From assembly GCF_964204645.1 (NCBI RefSeq), contig NC_134031.1:9486001-9550000 (forward strand): 64,000 nucleotides of DNA, written 5' to 3'. This stretch comes from Tubulanus polymorphus (taxonomy: Eukaryota; Animalia; Nemertea). Positions 13,995 through 28,313 of this stretch are shown here, one piece after another. Within the stretch, counting starts at the first letter, position 1. Every line of letters starts with the position of its first letter. Below the pieces are notes generated by a model that did not search any database, was not told where the DNA came from, and saw nothing but the letters and a program-made list of their open reading frames with translations. Both the position numbers and the translations under genes were made by a program.

Positions 13995-15399
13995 GTTGAT
14001 CCTTATATGATGGTTCTGAGAGTAACTTTCTGTTAGCTTTTGGTGGCACAAATTGTAACCACTGGATATAAACAGCTGATATTTTGTCATTAGGAGGGAA
14101 ATAGGTGGTGGAATTGATATGGCAAGTTTCGTCCATCAGCTCTAAGCAATTTGGATGTGCTGGGAGAGAATGTGCAAAATTTCAATGAATTTTTCCCTCA
14201 TTCTACTAATCAATGCTTGACCTAGTTTCATGACATCGCAGGGAAAGCCCTTCACAAGGGCATCACTTGGAAATCCCTCTAGGAGGGCTTTCCCACTGAC
14301 ATTATCAAAACTGTGCTCTGCTATGTTCCTGTGACTCATAGGGAAAACCAATTACCATGTATATCATCAAAGCTGAACATGCTTGCTACAAAGTGCATCA
14401 TGATTTCATCTTTATCAGCTGTTTATACGTTATTGCAAATCCAAGAACAAATCGATTTTTGGCTCGAAACCAAAATGTACTCAGTTGATCCTACTGGACC
14501 CATGGTCCTTTATTGATTTCGATGTTTTCAATGGAAAATTGGCTCTTTCTCGCTAGCAGTAGGGGAATAAGTAATCGATATATGTGGCGGGTTTGTATAA
14601 TAAGGCAAGTGTTCACTGTAGCACTTTGACTGTGCAACTGAGCATATATTCATACAAATCATTCATTGAAGCTTTATCCATTCTCAAAACTCACAAAAAT
14701 ATCTGTTTTAAAAAGCCAATCAGAAAGCAAAGACTCCTCTATGATTGGCTTAGAGATCAGCAGGTGTTCACGTGAACCCGTGGTATCGTCTACTGTTTTA
14801 CTTCCGGGTTTGATTTTAAGATCTAAAATTGTATTTCAGTATCCATTTCTGTGAAATCTTTAGTTGATTTGGTTTTTGGGACGAATATTTTTATTTGCAC
14901 TACAGAAAATATCATTGACATTTGTGCAAAGTCTGGGAAATTCAATTTTACTTTATTGAACAAGCTTAAACAGCAAATCTAATTCAATTTTGTTTTATTG
15001 AGCAAATTTCAGAAAATTCAATTCTATTCCGCATTCAAATCACTAAGACCAAGGAAAAAGATTTATCTGAGGTATTTGTTCCTCCCAGCTCCAGTCGCTG
15101 TCTGTCCTACTTATGAAAGCACGATTGAATTGTGTAAGTTATTTGTCTGGGATTGACTAGTCTATTGAGCTGGGAGTGTATTTGGAAAAATTTAACCAAC
15201 AGAATGCATCATTTGCTATTTTATGGAAAGCTGACAGGCCGGCCATAGTGCCCCTTGGGGCTTTTGTTATTATTACTTGATCGTCATACATAATTCACAA
15301 TTACACAGTATATGGATATTCGTAGAGTAGCCGTGTTAACCAGGTTTAAAATAAGTAACGAGACGAGGAGTACTGTATAGGTTAACTATTCATTTGATG

Positions 15400-15440
15400 C
15401 ACAAGCTTTCGCTTCTAATGAATAGAAGCTTCATCAGGTG
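15400..15440 (-). ncRNA. Minimal hammerhead ribozyme
   Basis: cac-CUGAUGA-a-gcuucua/uagaagc-GAAA-GC-UU-gug on the minus strand. Confidence 0.72.
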
Positions 15441-15459
15441 AATGATCAATTGATTCATT

Positions 15460-15500
15460 CACCTGATGAAGCTTCTATTCATTAGAAGCGAAAGCTCGTG
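15460..15500 (+). ncRNA. Minimal hammerhead ribozyme
   Basis: cacCTGATGAagcttctattcattagaagcGAAAgctcgtg. Confidence 0.75.
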
Positions 15501-17032
15501 CGTCAAGTAAATAGTTAACCCATACAGTACTACTCGTCTCATTACTTACAGTATATGGAATAGGCCTGCAATAGGCCTGCAATGGCCCTTAATTCCAGAA
15601 AGAAAAAACAAACATGAAATTTCCAGATATACTTTGGCTGACACCACCCGTCAGCTCCCCCTATACAAAATACAACTCGTCAGCTCCCCCTATACAAAAT
15701 ACAGAAGACATCTATTGTAGTATTGTCAGGCGCTTAAAACTCAAAAAACAAAATTTGCCAAATTTGAAAATTTCAGACTTTTTGTTAGTGTTGAGGAGTT
15801 GCATATATTTAAAAACTTATGAATGCCGTATGTAAAGTTTGATATACTGCTTTCTAATATTGTCAAAATGGGGACATTTGATTGCATGAAATTATTAACA
15901 AGAGCCCCATGGGGCTTGACACGGTAGCTTCAATCATTAATGACCTGTCCATCAATCAATTTCATATTTTATATATGCTAGAAGCAGGGATGAAAATCTT
16001 CCACGGATCCGCGGATTTCCGTGGTTGGAGGTCCATTTTTATCATTCTTGAGATCGATGTAGATCCGTTGAGAAAATGATAGGGGGGTTAGGATCTTGGG
16101 GAAAGGTTGAAAAGAACAGACCGTAAAAGCGTCTCATAAGACCCCGCTACGATCTCTGAAATCTTTTTTTACAACATTGTCTAGAACCACTGTACAGATC
16201 AATAATATATATACATGCAAAAGCGCTGCACGGGAAATCTATATATAGAATCTGCGGTCACACGCTTCAATTCATCCAACAAAACATAACCTACGTGCTC
16301 AATAAAAGTAGTCATTGTTTTACTTCAGGCACAATACGCTTGGCTTGAGTGATAGATTTGAAAGTTATAGATAGGGGCTCCTCTTACGACTCTCTTTTAT
16401 TGACAAGTTCATTTAAGTATGAACATGGTCTAGTGGTTTGGATATCGTCGGAGCCATCCTTTTCGTGTACTCAACAACGAACGATCAACCGCGTGGCAGC
16501 AGTCATATTTTGTCATTGGAAAATGGGACTCAGATGCACCAAAACTCCTTGAATTTTCAAAATTTTCTTGGGGGGGCTCCCGCACGCCTCTATAGGGGCT
16601 TCGCACCTCTCGGTGCTTGCGGCTGCTAGGTAGCCATTAATACTTTATTTCAAATTTTTCCGTGTTTTTTAAACGAAGGCATATCTATGTTTTTGAAGGG
16701 CATATCTATGAACGGATCCACGGATCCATGAACATGAAAAAGGGCAAGTATCCATGCAGACAAAACAAGGGTTTAAAAATATGAAATTTCAGTCCAATTT
16801 TATACAATTTCTAGGTACTGAGACATATAGCTGTCTTATTAGTTGCTGGTGGAAAAAATGTGCCCTGAAAAATATTGCCGTTGTATTGTTCAAAACGGCA
16901 TAGGAAAATATATTGCGACAGGAGCACGCCCATGTGCTTGTTGTGTTCCCGTCTGAATCTGCCATCAAGGTCTTTATTAGATCATTTCCATGACTTTTTG
17001 CAGAAATTTCAGAAAGATAGGAATTATATTAA

Positions 17033-17647
17033 CCTCTTCGCTACCATGCGTGACGCATATTTACGTCGCAAATAATGACCTCTCACCATGCGCGACGTAT
17101 ATTTACGTCGCAAATATATTCATTTACTACAATGCTGGTGTGGTGAGTCACTAAGCCGCTGGTGTATAGACGTACTAAATGATCGTCTGCTTCAATTTAA
17201 TTACACTATCTTGAGTGACAACATGCACCACTTTGCGCGCGAAACAAGGAGGCACGTGCATGAGTTTTTTTGTCTGTATTTTTAGCTGTTTCTTTTATAA
17301 AATGTCATCCTGGCCCAAATTTAGTAGACAGTCAATCACTACACGATAAGAATACAAAAAACATGCTGGAAATGGATCATTACAAGTTATTTGATCAAAA
17401 TCCATTGATCGATTCACAAATCGTTAAAAAAATCGATCAATAATTATTGGTGATCAATTTCTGATTTAATCGTTTTGATTTTAAACAATACCATCTAATA
17501 GCTGATGACCTTAGCTTTACAAATATATATGGTCTGTAGGGGTGATAATTATTATTTTCTGAGATCTAAATAAAAACACGAAAATATGTCAAAATATGGG
17601 AAAATGCTCTGGTGAGGGGCGTTACATTACCTATGGTAGCAAAGAGG
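17033..17647. mobile_element. piggyBac-like MITE
   Basis: TTAA on both sides (17029-17032, 17648-17651); TIR cctcttcgctaccat / atggtagcaaagagg. Confidence 0.75.
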
Positions 17648-18725
17648 TTAAGGGGGATGGAAACACATGTTTAGGGGGGGGGGTGTCGGGCTACGTTTCC
17701 ATACCTCAGAATAATACGGTGTCACTATGCCATCAAGGCGTGTCTATAGAATGACATCATCCATGTATATGACGTCACTGGCAGCGGATGAAGAACTTTA
17801 CCGAAAAGTACTATATTAGGATAGTCAAAGCGTCGAATAAACTACGGCTCAAGGAAACATTATTAATATATAACGGACTTAATATTTCCCTTATAATTGT
17901 GGGATTCTCTTTATATTATTAGCTGATAAAATGTCTGCGAGCTCGTCGGAAATGCCGATTGAGCCGGAGAAGATTAATTCAAATTTTGCAGAATCAGCTA
18001 TATTTCGGATTGTGATAGGCAATATTATTTAGCGGTTTTGTACAATACAATAAGAGTACATAAAATACATGAAAAATTCAGTTTTCTCTTTCTCAATCAT
18101 TATAATTTCCTACACAAAAGAAATTTTATCCGATCCTCCCCTAATGGGCTCTGTATAAAATTTTGAAAACATTACAGCACCGATGTACAATTAACATCCT
18201 GCAATGTGGGATTGAAGGATGTTTTTCATTAAATTCAGAGTACATATTTGGATTATTTTTTGAAAAGCATATGGCGAGACTTCAACGCGTTTCAGGAGAC
18301 TAGCCGAAGCCGGTTGAAATTTTGAAGCCCTCGAAGTGTGAATTTTTTAGAGGATCATCTACCTCGGGCATGACCCGTCGAAGTTGACCGCAGTTAAGGA
18401 TTGGCTGGTGCCAGCTACAGTGACGGATGCTCGGAAGTTCCTCGGTTTTTCAGGTTACTATTGGTCGTTATATTCGGAACTATGCGCGAATCGCTGCTCC
18501 TCTGACCAAGCTGCTTACTAGTGTTTCAGTCGGAAAGGGGAAACATTAGACAGCAGAAAGGAGAACGATGATCAACTGAGGTAAGACAGGAACAGGATAA
18601 GTTCACGGCCTTGAAGGAAGCCCTGATAACGGCGCCGGTACTAGTTTTTGCCGATTATCGATTATCTGTTTGGGAACACGGTACTTGTAAAGACTGACAA
18701 CAACCCGCTTACATACGTAAGCTTA

Positions 18726-19315
18726 CCGTAAAAACCGGCGTATAAGTCTACGCGGTGTATAAGTCGAGGTCGATTTTTAGACCTACATTTCATGATTTTA
18801 ACATATATCCGGCTTGTGAGTCGAGTCCCTTCTCTTAGACGAATAATTACTAGTATCATTGTATTGAATAGTTTGTTTTGATAACGATGTGTGCCTTCAC
18901 GCACGCCGCCACGCGTCAGCCTGATTGCTGCTGTGTGTTAATCAATAGACTGTTACACACACTCCGGTATAATACACTACCATACAGTGATACAGTAGTG
19001 TGAGTCACACGCTATATATAGCCTAATGTATTAAGCGCTGCTATGAGCGCGCATATATGAATACATCGTTTTAAATGAAGCTGTGTCAAAATGAAAGAAG
19101 TTTTTTTCATTAAATAACTTTATTTATCATGAATAATTATTCAAACTATTATAGCAGTAAGAAGATGAACACTGTCTTTTTTGTCTGGTAGAATCAATAT
19201 TTCTTGTGACCTGAAAATACTTCGTAGAAAACTGAACTTGGCGTATAAGTCGAGGTCAATAATTTAGTGGTAAAATCAAGGGTTAAAAACTCGACTTATA
19301 CGCCGGTTTTTACGG
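18726..19315. mobile_element. pogo/Tigger-like MITE inserted in the Gypsy RNase H region
   Basis: TIR ccgtaaaaaccggcgtataagtc / gacttatacgccggtttttacgg with TA TSD. Confidence 0.85.
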
Positions 19316-20914
19316 TACATACTACGTTTGAAGAATGCTAAACTCGGTGCAGTTGAACACGATGGTTACGGGCTCTGTCTGTGTACAACATTGACCTGGA
19401 GTATCTTAGTGGAACCAGGAACACCGATGCTGATGCTTTGTCCCGTAGCCGGTTAAGTTAACTCACATCAGAGGTGTTTCAAGCGGTGTGCCATGTACAC
19501 AGAGTGGTCCCGACTGAGCCATGGACGTTTGAAGCCGGAACTAACCACGTGAAGCAACTTCTGCGTTTGGACCCAGTAATCAATCGTGTGATAAGTTGTA
19601 TTCAGGAGAGACGAAAGTTAAGACCCTTGTGCCCAGCCAAGTACGCCGTGAGTAGAACATTCAAATCGTTCGTACTATGTGAGGGTGTCCTGCATTGGAA
19701 GATGCCCAGCAGCAACAGTGTCGAATACAAGGTATGGCAGCCTGTTTTGGAAAAACAAACAGTTCTCTGATCCATACACGATGACATGGGCCATCCTGGA
19801 TGGGACAAGACCCTAGCAATGTTACTGGCAAGGAGCTATTGGCCAGGGATGCGGTCGTCGGTTGAGGCTGTCAAAAGCTGTAAGCGTTGTGTCTGTACTG
19901 TGTATGGACTACCTTACGTTAGAACCGTCTTCCTGGTATGAAAAGGTACTTGTCCTCACAGACCATTTTACAAAGTTTTCTTGGGCAGTACCTACCAGGA
20001 ATGAGAGTGCGAAAACAACCGCAAGAATTCTCTTCAAGGAGATTGAGACGAAGTTTGGAGCACCAACCCAGTTGCGCTCGGATCAGGGACCTGCATTCGA
20101 GAGTAGAGTCATTAAGGAATTATGCCAGCTTACGGGGATGAAATAGACTCAAACTACTCCTTATCATCCAGCTGAGAACGGTGCTGTGGAACGTTTTAAT
20201 CAAACTCTGATCCGCCTCTTATCAAGTCTCCCCTCCAGAGAAGAAGAATAAATGGCGCGAATATATCAACCCGCTGGTATACGCCTATAATTGCATCCCC
20301 TAGAATCCACAGGGTATGAACCTTTCCACCTTATGTTCGGACGAAGACCCACTCTTATCAGTTGGTCTGCAATACGGATGAAATCAACCTGAGACAGAGG
20401 CCAGTACCACCACCTACATCAAGCAGCTGGAAGAACTTCTAGACGATTCCTGGAGGTTAGCAACAGATCAGTTATGCAAGAAAGGGCGTAAAATTCAAAG
20501 AAAGACATAAGTTAGCTGACAAGTGGGAATCGGATTCGTTCTGCGTTGAGCAGAAGATGTCGGAGGATGTTCCTGTCTTCAGAATATGACGGTTGGATGG
20601 AACCGGTAAAGAGAGAATCTTACACCGTTACAAGCTCTTTCCATTAGCTGCTCCATTCCGGGAGGATAGTGAACTGAGGTCAACTCCAACGGTTCGTAGA
20701 AATCCTTTTCCTTCTCCTAGAACCTTCAAGGCAAGACGATTACCAGTAAAAGGACTACACGATACGCAGAAAGAGGACAGTGAATATGAAGATTGTGAGG
20801 AAGAGTTGCTAGTTGTACGGGTGTTGCGAAGGGCCAGTGATGATAGAGCTGTTCCTTTTCGAGAGGATGTTCCTCCGGATGCAGCCGATCTGAGCAGTGA
20901 ATCTACAGCGATCA

Positions 20915-21163
20915 TGAATTTTCAATATGCTGTAGCAAAAGTTACATCTTCACTAGACTAGAATATTCGAGTGGAGATTCGAGATCTTGATGTTACTGAA
21001 TTTTCAAGATGCTGTAGCAAAAGTTACATCTTCACCAGACTAGAATATTCGAGTGGAGATTCGAGATCTTGATGTTACTGAATTTTCAAGATGCTGTAGC
21101 AAAAGTTACATCTTCACCAGACTAGAATATTCGAGTGGAGATTCGAGATCTTGATGTTACTGA
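20915..21163. repeat. 82-bp tandem repeat, 3 copies
   Basis: tgaattttcaa..gctgtagcaaaagttacatcttcac..gatgttac at 20915, 20997 and 21079. Confidence 0.9.
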
Positions 21164-24100
21164 TGGAGTTGGTACAATAGCTGAAGCAGCAGCAGAGGCT
21201 TCAAGTAATGCATCAGTGGATACTGTCGAGTCAAACGAGGAGCCTGTCATTCGTCAAAGAACTAGTGCTCGCGTTAGGAAAAGTCCAGCCTGGCAACGTT
21301 CAGAAGATTGTGTTGTTACTGATTCCACAGACAGAATTCTACAAAATTCATTAATTTCATGATTTTCAACGAAAAAGATTTTTTTGTTATGCCCGTCTTA
21401 ATCTAATCTAATTAGTAACGTTTATTGGTCTCGATGCAAATGAATTATAATTCCCACTCCTTTCTGCAGTTCTTCAGAGGTTTATGTTGATATCAAATAA
21501 TAAGAAAATCTTGTTCTTCCAATTTTAAATTCTTTTTGAAATTTTTCATTACATTTCCCTTCGCCTCCAATATTTATTTCATGAGAAAGTCCATGCTCCA
21601 CGGGGCAAATAGGCTAATTAAAGAGGCTTTAGGTGAGAGTAATTAAATAATTCTTTATAATTGATGCAGTAAACCTTGTCTAATTTGAAAGACAAAATAA
21701 AGTTTTGTATCAAAATTGTTGTATGACTTTAATAATGAATCTATGAAGCACAATCAATATTCGTAAGGAATCTTATGGAGCATAATTAAATCCATTTTGA
21801 GGGAAGGAATTTCTAGAAAACAGGCATTTATCTTTTTCGATAAAAAGAAATTATTATAACATTGAGACTCGCAATAACATAACAGAAACAGATGTGGATG
21901 AAATGTTATGATAAAATGTTGTATTGGCAATAAAAAGTGATAGGTCTTGTGGGATTCGAACCCATCACAAAGCACCTAGGTGACGTCACGTTATGAACTG
22001 GGAAATCCGCCATAATACATAACCCACCTACCTAATTCTGAGGTATGGAAACGTAGCTCGACCTTCAGGGGGTCCGTGCAATAAATAGTTAAGAAAGTAA
22101 ACTTTTATCGTTTAACCAAGTAAACTGAAAATTTGTCAAATAAAGCCATCTCAGCATTATACGCATGTAATAATCACACACAGCTGCTCGACTAATCATG
22201 GATATAAAAGTGACAGTGGGTTTTCCCCAGTGACTCAAATAGCTAGACATGCTCCGTACAACATAAACCGCTGATGCTGAATGATTTCATTTACGTGTAA
22301 CATACACTGTGTATGAAATTAAAATGAAGTTTTAGACAATTTATTATCAAAAATTGAACAATTATCCAGATTCACTGCCCTTTTTAGATTTCAACACATT
22401 TTGTTTATTTAGCCAATCAGTGCACATTAAAAGATATTCAGCCCGGGCGCTTACTTGGCAGAGGCTTTCTCTAACAGCTTCTCTAACACACTCCACGGAG
22501 GTTCCTACGTGGAGAAAATAGGCCGCCAAAATATTTCCTCAATCGACGAATTTTTTTCAATTTTACGTGTGGAGTTAGTGCCATTTTACCATAAGTAGTC
22601 ATGTCTGGGCCAACCTAACCAATGTTTTCTTCCAATGGGCCCGTTAGACACCTGTTCATTGATCACATGTGTGTCGACCTGTAGCACATGTACATGTTAT
22701 GACATGCACATGTTACAGGATAAAAACCACTCGTGGCGAAAAGACTGCTATTTTTGCTAATTTTGAAAATTGCATAAAAATGGCTAATTAATCGACGTTA
22801 TCGACTTCGGGCAAAACTTTTGTTCGAAGATTTAAAGGACCGCAAGTTAAAGATGAAAATGTGTGTTTGAAATTAAACTCCTTTCAGCTGTTTGAACAAC
22901 AGATTAGCGAAATTTCACTGATAGCATTTTATTTTGGTGCAAAGCCATTGAAATAGACAGCCCCACTGTTGGCAGCCCTGCTGCCGCTAAAAACCATGTC
23001 AGTCGATAAACTTTATTGTGTCAGTAACCGGCACTGGCCTCAAATTTGCATAGACTTGGGAGCTTCTGTCCTAATTGGGCCATTTGATAATAAAAAACCT
23101 TTGATGATACCCAGGCTCTCGCTTTGCCGGGTCACAGTTGTTTTATATGTCATTCTATGAATGTGCGTGTACTAGAATTATGAATATTAATTTGTTGAGA
23201 CAAAAATTCCAAAAATCAATTTTTCAAAAATTTCATTGTCATTAAAAAGTCAGTTATCGCTTTTGATAGTGTATATTTTTTCTTTTTAAATTTTCAATGA
23301 AGTGAATTTTGCGTACTAGTAGCCTATACATGGCAAATTTTTTACTTCACACTAATTTTGGCTTGCCACTGGACCATTGGTCCTTTATTTCAAGATTAAG
23401 AATTGCATTTCAAGATCAATTTCTGTTACATCATAAATTGATTTGGTTTTGGGAGGAATTTTTATTTGCACTACTGAAAATTCATATTTGAAAATTTTGC
23501 AAGGGTCAGGCGCTTTCTCAAATCATATAGTCGACCTTGATACGCAAATAAGCCATGTGCTCGAATTGCAAATTCTATCAAATTTATTGTGCACAAAATG
23601 TCAAATCCAAGTCAATTTTACTATATTAAAAAAGATAATACCAAATCTAATTTGATTTTATTCTGCATTCGAAATTTATATGTAGAATGGAAAAGATTGC
23701 TCTGGGGTGTTTGTTCCTGTCATCTATCTCCCTGTCTATGTTAGTGCTGTTACATGTGTAAATGATATTAAGAGGGGGAGAGAAATATAACCCATAGATT
23801 GCATCATGAAAAGCGAATGTGACAGTCTGTCCATAGAGCACCTTCGGGCCCTTGGGCTCTTGTTCTACAACCAATATTATAACACATATTTGGTCTTTTT
23901 GTGAACCTGAGCGCTTAAGATCATTAAAGACAACGAAGTGTAAATGGTATATAATGAATCTTGATGTGAGAGTAAAGACAGGTTTATCTATGGTTGACTT
24001 AAATTCCTACTAAGTGGGGGGAGAGTATTGCGGGTGGGGGGGTTAGGCCGCGAGGCGTAATTCTAGTTGATCTCTTGTTTATTGTTTCAGGTATCACAGT

Positions 24101-24827
24101 TATTAAAGAGTTTACCTGGATCATTTACAACTGACCTATTACTGTCTGCATGCGATTTGAAAGCATACCGTGGAAGGTGCATTGCTGCAAAAGCTGTTTG
24201 CCAAAATTCCAAGTTAGAATATCAGCAACTGAATTCACACCAAATAGAACAACTGCCAAAAGACGATAACAAATTATTGCAAGTCAAAAATATGTAAATT
24301 CATAACGGGTCAATAAAGTTTTGATTTGATTTGAAAAAATTCATTAATTTAGATTGGCATAACGTTGGTAAAACTTAATGCTATGTGTATACAATGTTGT
24401 AAGGTTTTTATACAAATATTTCAAGCACAGAAAAAATACATCACTGTCACGTACACAGCATTACATGGTTTTTAGCCCGCTCGGGACTATTGCGGTCACT
24501 TTTCGTCCATCCATCCGTTCCTCCCTAGACGGAATCCAGTTATTTTTGGAAGTGTTGAAGACACTTCAATGGATTGTCTCCATGTTAGTTTTATACATGT
24601 ATCTACCCCAGATATATCTTTCTGCCCAAAAAAATTGCATGATCAGAACCAAGATGGCCGACTAGCAGCCATTGTTGCTCGCCAAAATCAGCACTTTTTA
24701 CACATTTTTGAAGTTTTCAAGGGAAATATTTAGATTGCTTCGATCAATTATCTTGATCTCTCAGATATGTTTGCATCTCCCCATGGTGCATGAGCATAAC
24801 AAAACTTGGGTCAATCAGACACAGATA

Positions 24828-25675
24828 AAGTCTGTCTCAGTCCAGTTTGCCGCGGCATATCAAAGCTTTTCTATCATAACATTGCCTGATTCCCGTGGTT
24901 ACTGCATGGTAACTGCGCACTCCACAGCATGATGTCTGGCCACTGTATCCAAGAGTGCATATATAGGTTTCTGACTGACCAGAGCCTTCATAAGCAGTCT
25001 TCGAAAAGTTATAAAAATGTTGTCATTCTATTCTTGCGCATTTGTGTTTTTTATGTTTTTATTCTACGTGATGCATGCGACACCATCTGGCCTCAGTCTT
25101 ATGAATTGAAAAAAACATTCTTAAGGGCCTCAGAATAGGTCTTAAGCATAAACAATAGTTTTGAAAGTTTGGAACCATTTTCGCGAGAAATACAAGAAAT
25201 TAACGGTTGAAAAAGTAGATATTGAAACTGGAAAGGCGACTGGGATAAGTGAGCGATCAGTTCGTAATATACGGAAACAGATGAAAGACACTGGACGATT
25301 TTTACATTTTACTTATTGCCCCTACAGCTGTGTTGTATGTTCTAAATCTAACAGATTCCAGGAAATTGGTCCATCAAAACACCCCTGACAACTTCAAAGC
25401 AAACCTATGAAAACTATTTATAAAAGTTATGCACTCTTGGATATCTCAAGAGTTCAGAAATGCAACAAGGTAGCAAAGCAAATCTGAATTCATTTGTAAC
25501 TCTTGCTCTTGTTACCACTCTTCGCCGTGACTATAGCAACAGCCAGCTGATTTTGCTGACTCACTAAATCTTTGCGCGAGGTCCAGCCACTTCAGCTGTC
25601 AGTACCAATTAAAATGTGTACATTTGATATCCTTTGCCTAACAAATGCTGTGGCAAACTGGGCTGAGACAGACTT
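24828..25675 (+). mobile_element. Tc1/mariner-like transposon remnant
   Basis: ~30-bp inverted repeats (aagtctgtctcagtccagtttgcc / ggcaaactgggctgagacagactt) around an HTH-like fragment TGKATGISERSVRNIRKQ (25161-25388). Confidence 0.5.
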
Positions 25676-26579
25676 AAGCAGTAATGTGACCTTTGTGCTC
25701 AATAAGGTCATTTTTACCTGTAGCTCCCGAATTGTTGGCCTATTTTAGAAGGTCGTGATGGTTACACTTTGAGAAGGGCTCTTAAACATATTAGACATAT
25801 TCTTTGATCAGTCAAGCGTGCACCGGTATCCAAGATAGTCTTAACTTGGTCAAAATTTATAAGTTACGTTTGAAAAATGATTTCACATTAATACATTTCT
25901 TCAGCCAGAAGTCATCCTGTGCCTTATACTTTTCTACTTAAATCAATTGCTTTACTTTACTAAGTTACCTTAATCTGGTTTCATATTACTTAGTAGCTCC
26001 TACCTACGTGTTGATACCTAGGAACTATGTAATAAAAATGTTTCTATTAAAAATAATTTCGGTGAACTATATTGTGTATAAATACTGGATTCGAACTCTG
26101 GTACATTGATTGGTCCAGTGTCTTTACCATAGCGTGTATCCCTGCAGGAAGACCCCCCAATACTATTTATAGTGAAAATTGAGGAGTGACAGATTTAACA
26201 ACACTAAATGTCCATGATAATTGTTGTATATATCATCTATATTCTATATTCCTTTAATGTTTAAATGTCTACGTGTAATAGCTCATTGTTTCTTGAGAAT
26301 GCGTTAATTGTTGTTTGTCTCGCTGTCAGTTTACTACTCGTTACCTTTGTTTTGATACCATTTTAATGTCTCCACCTGTCTCGTATCTCAATGTTTATAA
26401 ATCGTTTGTGTGTGAAATAAATTTAGTCCAATTTTGGTATTCCAAGCTGTTAGTTAAGTCTCACTCTCTTGGCTCTGTTCCGGATCCGACGTCGACCATC
26501 TTCACAAATAGGACCGAAAATATATAATATTTATTTAAATATAATATAATAATTTTTTTATGAAAGATTTGTATAATAA

Positions 26580-26927
26580 ATGGAGAGTAAACAATCACAA
26601 AACAATATAAACTTCATCAAAAGAATTAGAGATACTACAAATGTAAAATCAGTAGATTATAAATTTAAAAAGTTAACAGAATTAATAATTTATAAGAAAT
26701 ATTTAATTACAAATATTGAAACAATTACTACTAAATATGAAGATAAATAAGTAATTCATTTAGAATATGAAGGATTAAAAGGAAATAAATATGAATTCCG
26801 AACGTACTTACCAGATAGATTTCATAGATTATCTAGAAAAGATATTGATGAATTATGATCTGGTGATTTCTTTTTCATATATAAAGGTAAGAATGAAAAA
26901 GGACACCATGATATAGATTTCGAATAA
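26580..26927 (+). pseudogene. Isolated Polinton-like virus fragment, paralog of 41201-41554
   Basis: Colinear with 41201-41554 (NVKSVDYKFKKL..RTYLPDRFHRLS..GHHDIDFE); premature stops; TAAATG start. Confidence 0.85.
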
Positions 26928-27630
26928 AAATATAGCTGCAAAGCAGTGATAACGGGTTTTCTGCACATCCTCATTCATATTCTTGATCTTGTCTGAATAT
27001 CGTGTCGACGATCGCGTGTAAGCTGATGCAGCCGCAACATGCCATAAAAATCAAAGGGAAGTTAGAATCCTGTTCAACTGTCAAAACATTTTTATAAAAA
27101 GACGGTTGACAAACAGTCAATGAGGCCTACTTTGAAACCATGGATGACTGAACCAGATGGTTATTTGACTCTGGAAAATGGACTGTTAGGCCTCAATTAA
27201 TCTTTATGGATTTCAAAAAAGCATTTGATAAGGTCCAACATCTGCGATTACTAAATAAGCTATTCGGTAACGTTATCAATGATGGGTCGCTTGAATGGCT
27301 CAGCATATTTCTCTGAACGAAAACAGGTGGCCGAATTCAACGAAACTGTCTCATCTTGGAATAAATCGGTCTAACTAGTAGAGTCACGCAAGGTAGTATC
27401 CTCAGTCGTCTTCTTGTCGCTCTCCTGATAGATGATATACAGAATACAGTAATTCAAAATGTACCGGACAGAGTATATTTCCAAAACAACCTAATTTAAA
27501 ATGTACCCGACAGAGTATATTTCCAAAACTACCTAAACAAGCGGTGTTCCATTCATGGTCAGAAACATGGAAGATGGGCTTCGACCTGAAAGTTAATACC
27601 GATATGGGATACAAGGTAAACCCAGGTTCA
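26928..27630 (+). mobile_element. Composite repeat module with a CR1/L2-type LINE RT remnant
   Basis: Starts aaatatagctgcaaagcag; DFKKAFDKV.HLRLL.K and (S/G)VTQGSIL remnants; recurs at 47378-47725, 52311-52660 and inverted at ~61170-61305. Confidence 0.65.
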
Positions 27631-27639
27631 GATTATACC

Positions 27640-28305
27640 TTTGTGTTCGAATGAGAAGATTATTTTGTTCGAATAAAATTACTCATTGTAACGAAAAGAC
27701 TATTTAGTTCCACCAGAATTTTGCTCTTTGGAACAAAAAACGCTTCGATCGAACAATATATCTGTTCGAACAAAAAACTTAATGTTCCGACAAGAAAATC
27801 TTGTTCGAATGAAAACAATTCTGTTTGATTGAACAATACGCTTTTTGTTTGAACCAAAACCTTTCTTCATTCTGACAAAAGAATGTGTTCGAATAAAAAG
27901 CTATATTATTGTTGAAATGAAAAACTTTTTGTCCCGGCAAAAAAATTTGGTTCAGTGAAAACAATTTTTTTCGAACGAATGTTTGAATGAAAACAATTCT
28001 GTTCGATTGAACGAAATATTTAATACTTTAGATTCGGAAAAAAAATTTTCTACAATATACTTGTTTGAACGAAAAACTTAACGTTCTGACAAGAAAATTC
28101 TGTTCAAATTAAAACGATTCTGTTCGAACGAAAGACCTTTCGTTTGGACAAAAAAAGTTTATTCAACTTTGTTCTAACGATTTTCCAAATTGGTTCAATC
28201 GAACCCAATATTATTGGTTCGAACGAAATAAACTTTGTTCTGACGAAAGAATTGTCCAGCGAAAGGTCTTTTGAACCAAAAAAAGATATTACTTGGGCTC
28301 CGCAG
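27640..28305. repeat. gttcgaac-rich minisatellite element
   Basis: Repeated ttgttcgaa(c/t) cores; further copies at ~52660-53205 and inverted at ~60605-61165. Confidence 0.7.
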
Positions 28306-28313
28306 AACCTTAA

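Larger units (their letters stand above)
15352..15548. repeat. Near-perfect ~200-bp palindrome of PLE pseudo-LTR type
   Basis: Arms are reverse complements around ~15450; each arm holds a hammerhead core. Confidence 0.8.
18265..21362 (+). pseudogene. Decayed Gypsy pol (RT end, RNase H, integrase); no LTRs seen
   Basis: KTDNNPLTYV..DADALSR, HDDMGHPG, CMDYLTLE..TDHFTKF..RSDQGPAFES, TTPYHP; many stops and frameshifts. Confidence 0.85.
17685..22062. mobile_element. TIR-bounded element enclosing the Gypsy remnant
   Basis: gtcgggctacgtttccatacctcagaat (17685-) and attctgaggtatggaaacgtagctcgac (-22062); no clear TSD. Confidence 0.55.

Noticed and set aside
24067-24297. Possible host exon after tttcag
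   Set aside because: No recognisable homology or partner exons; cannot be supported
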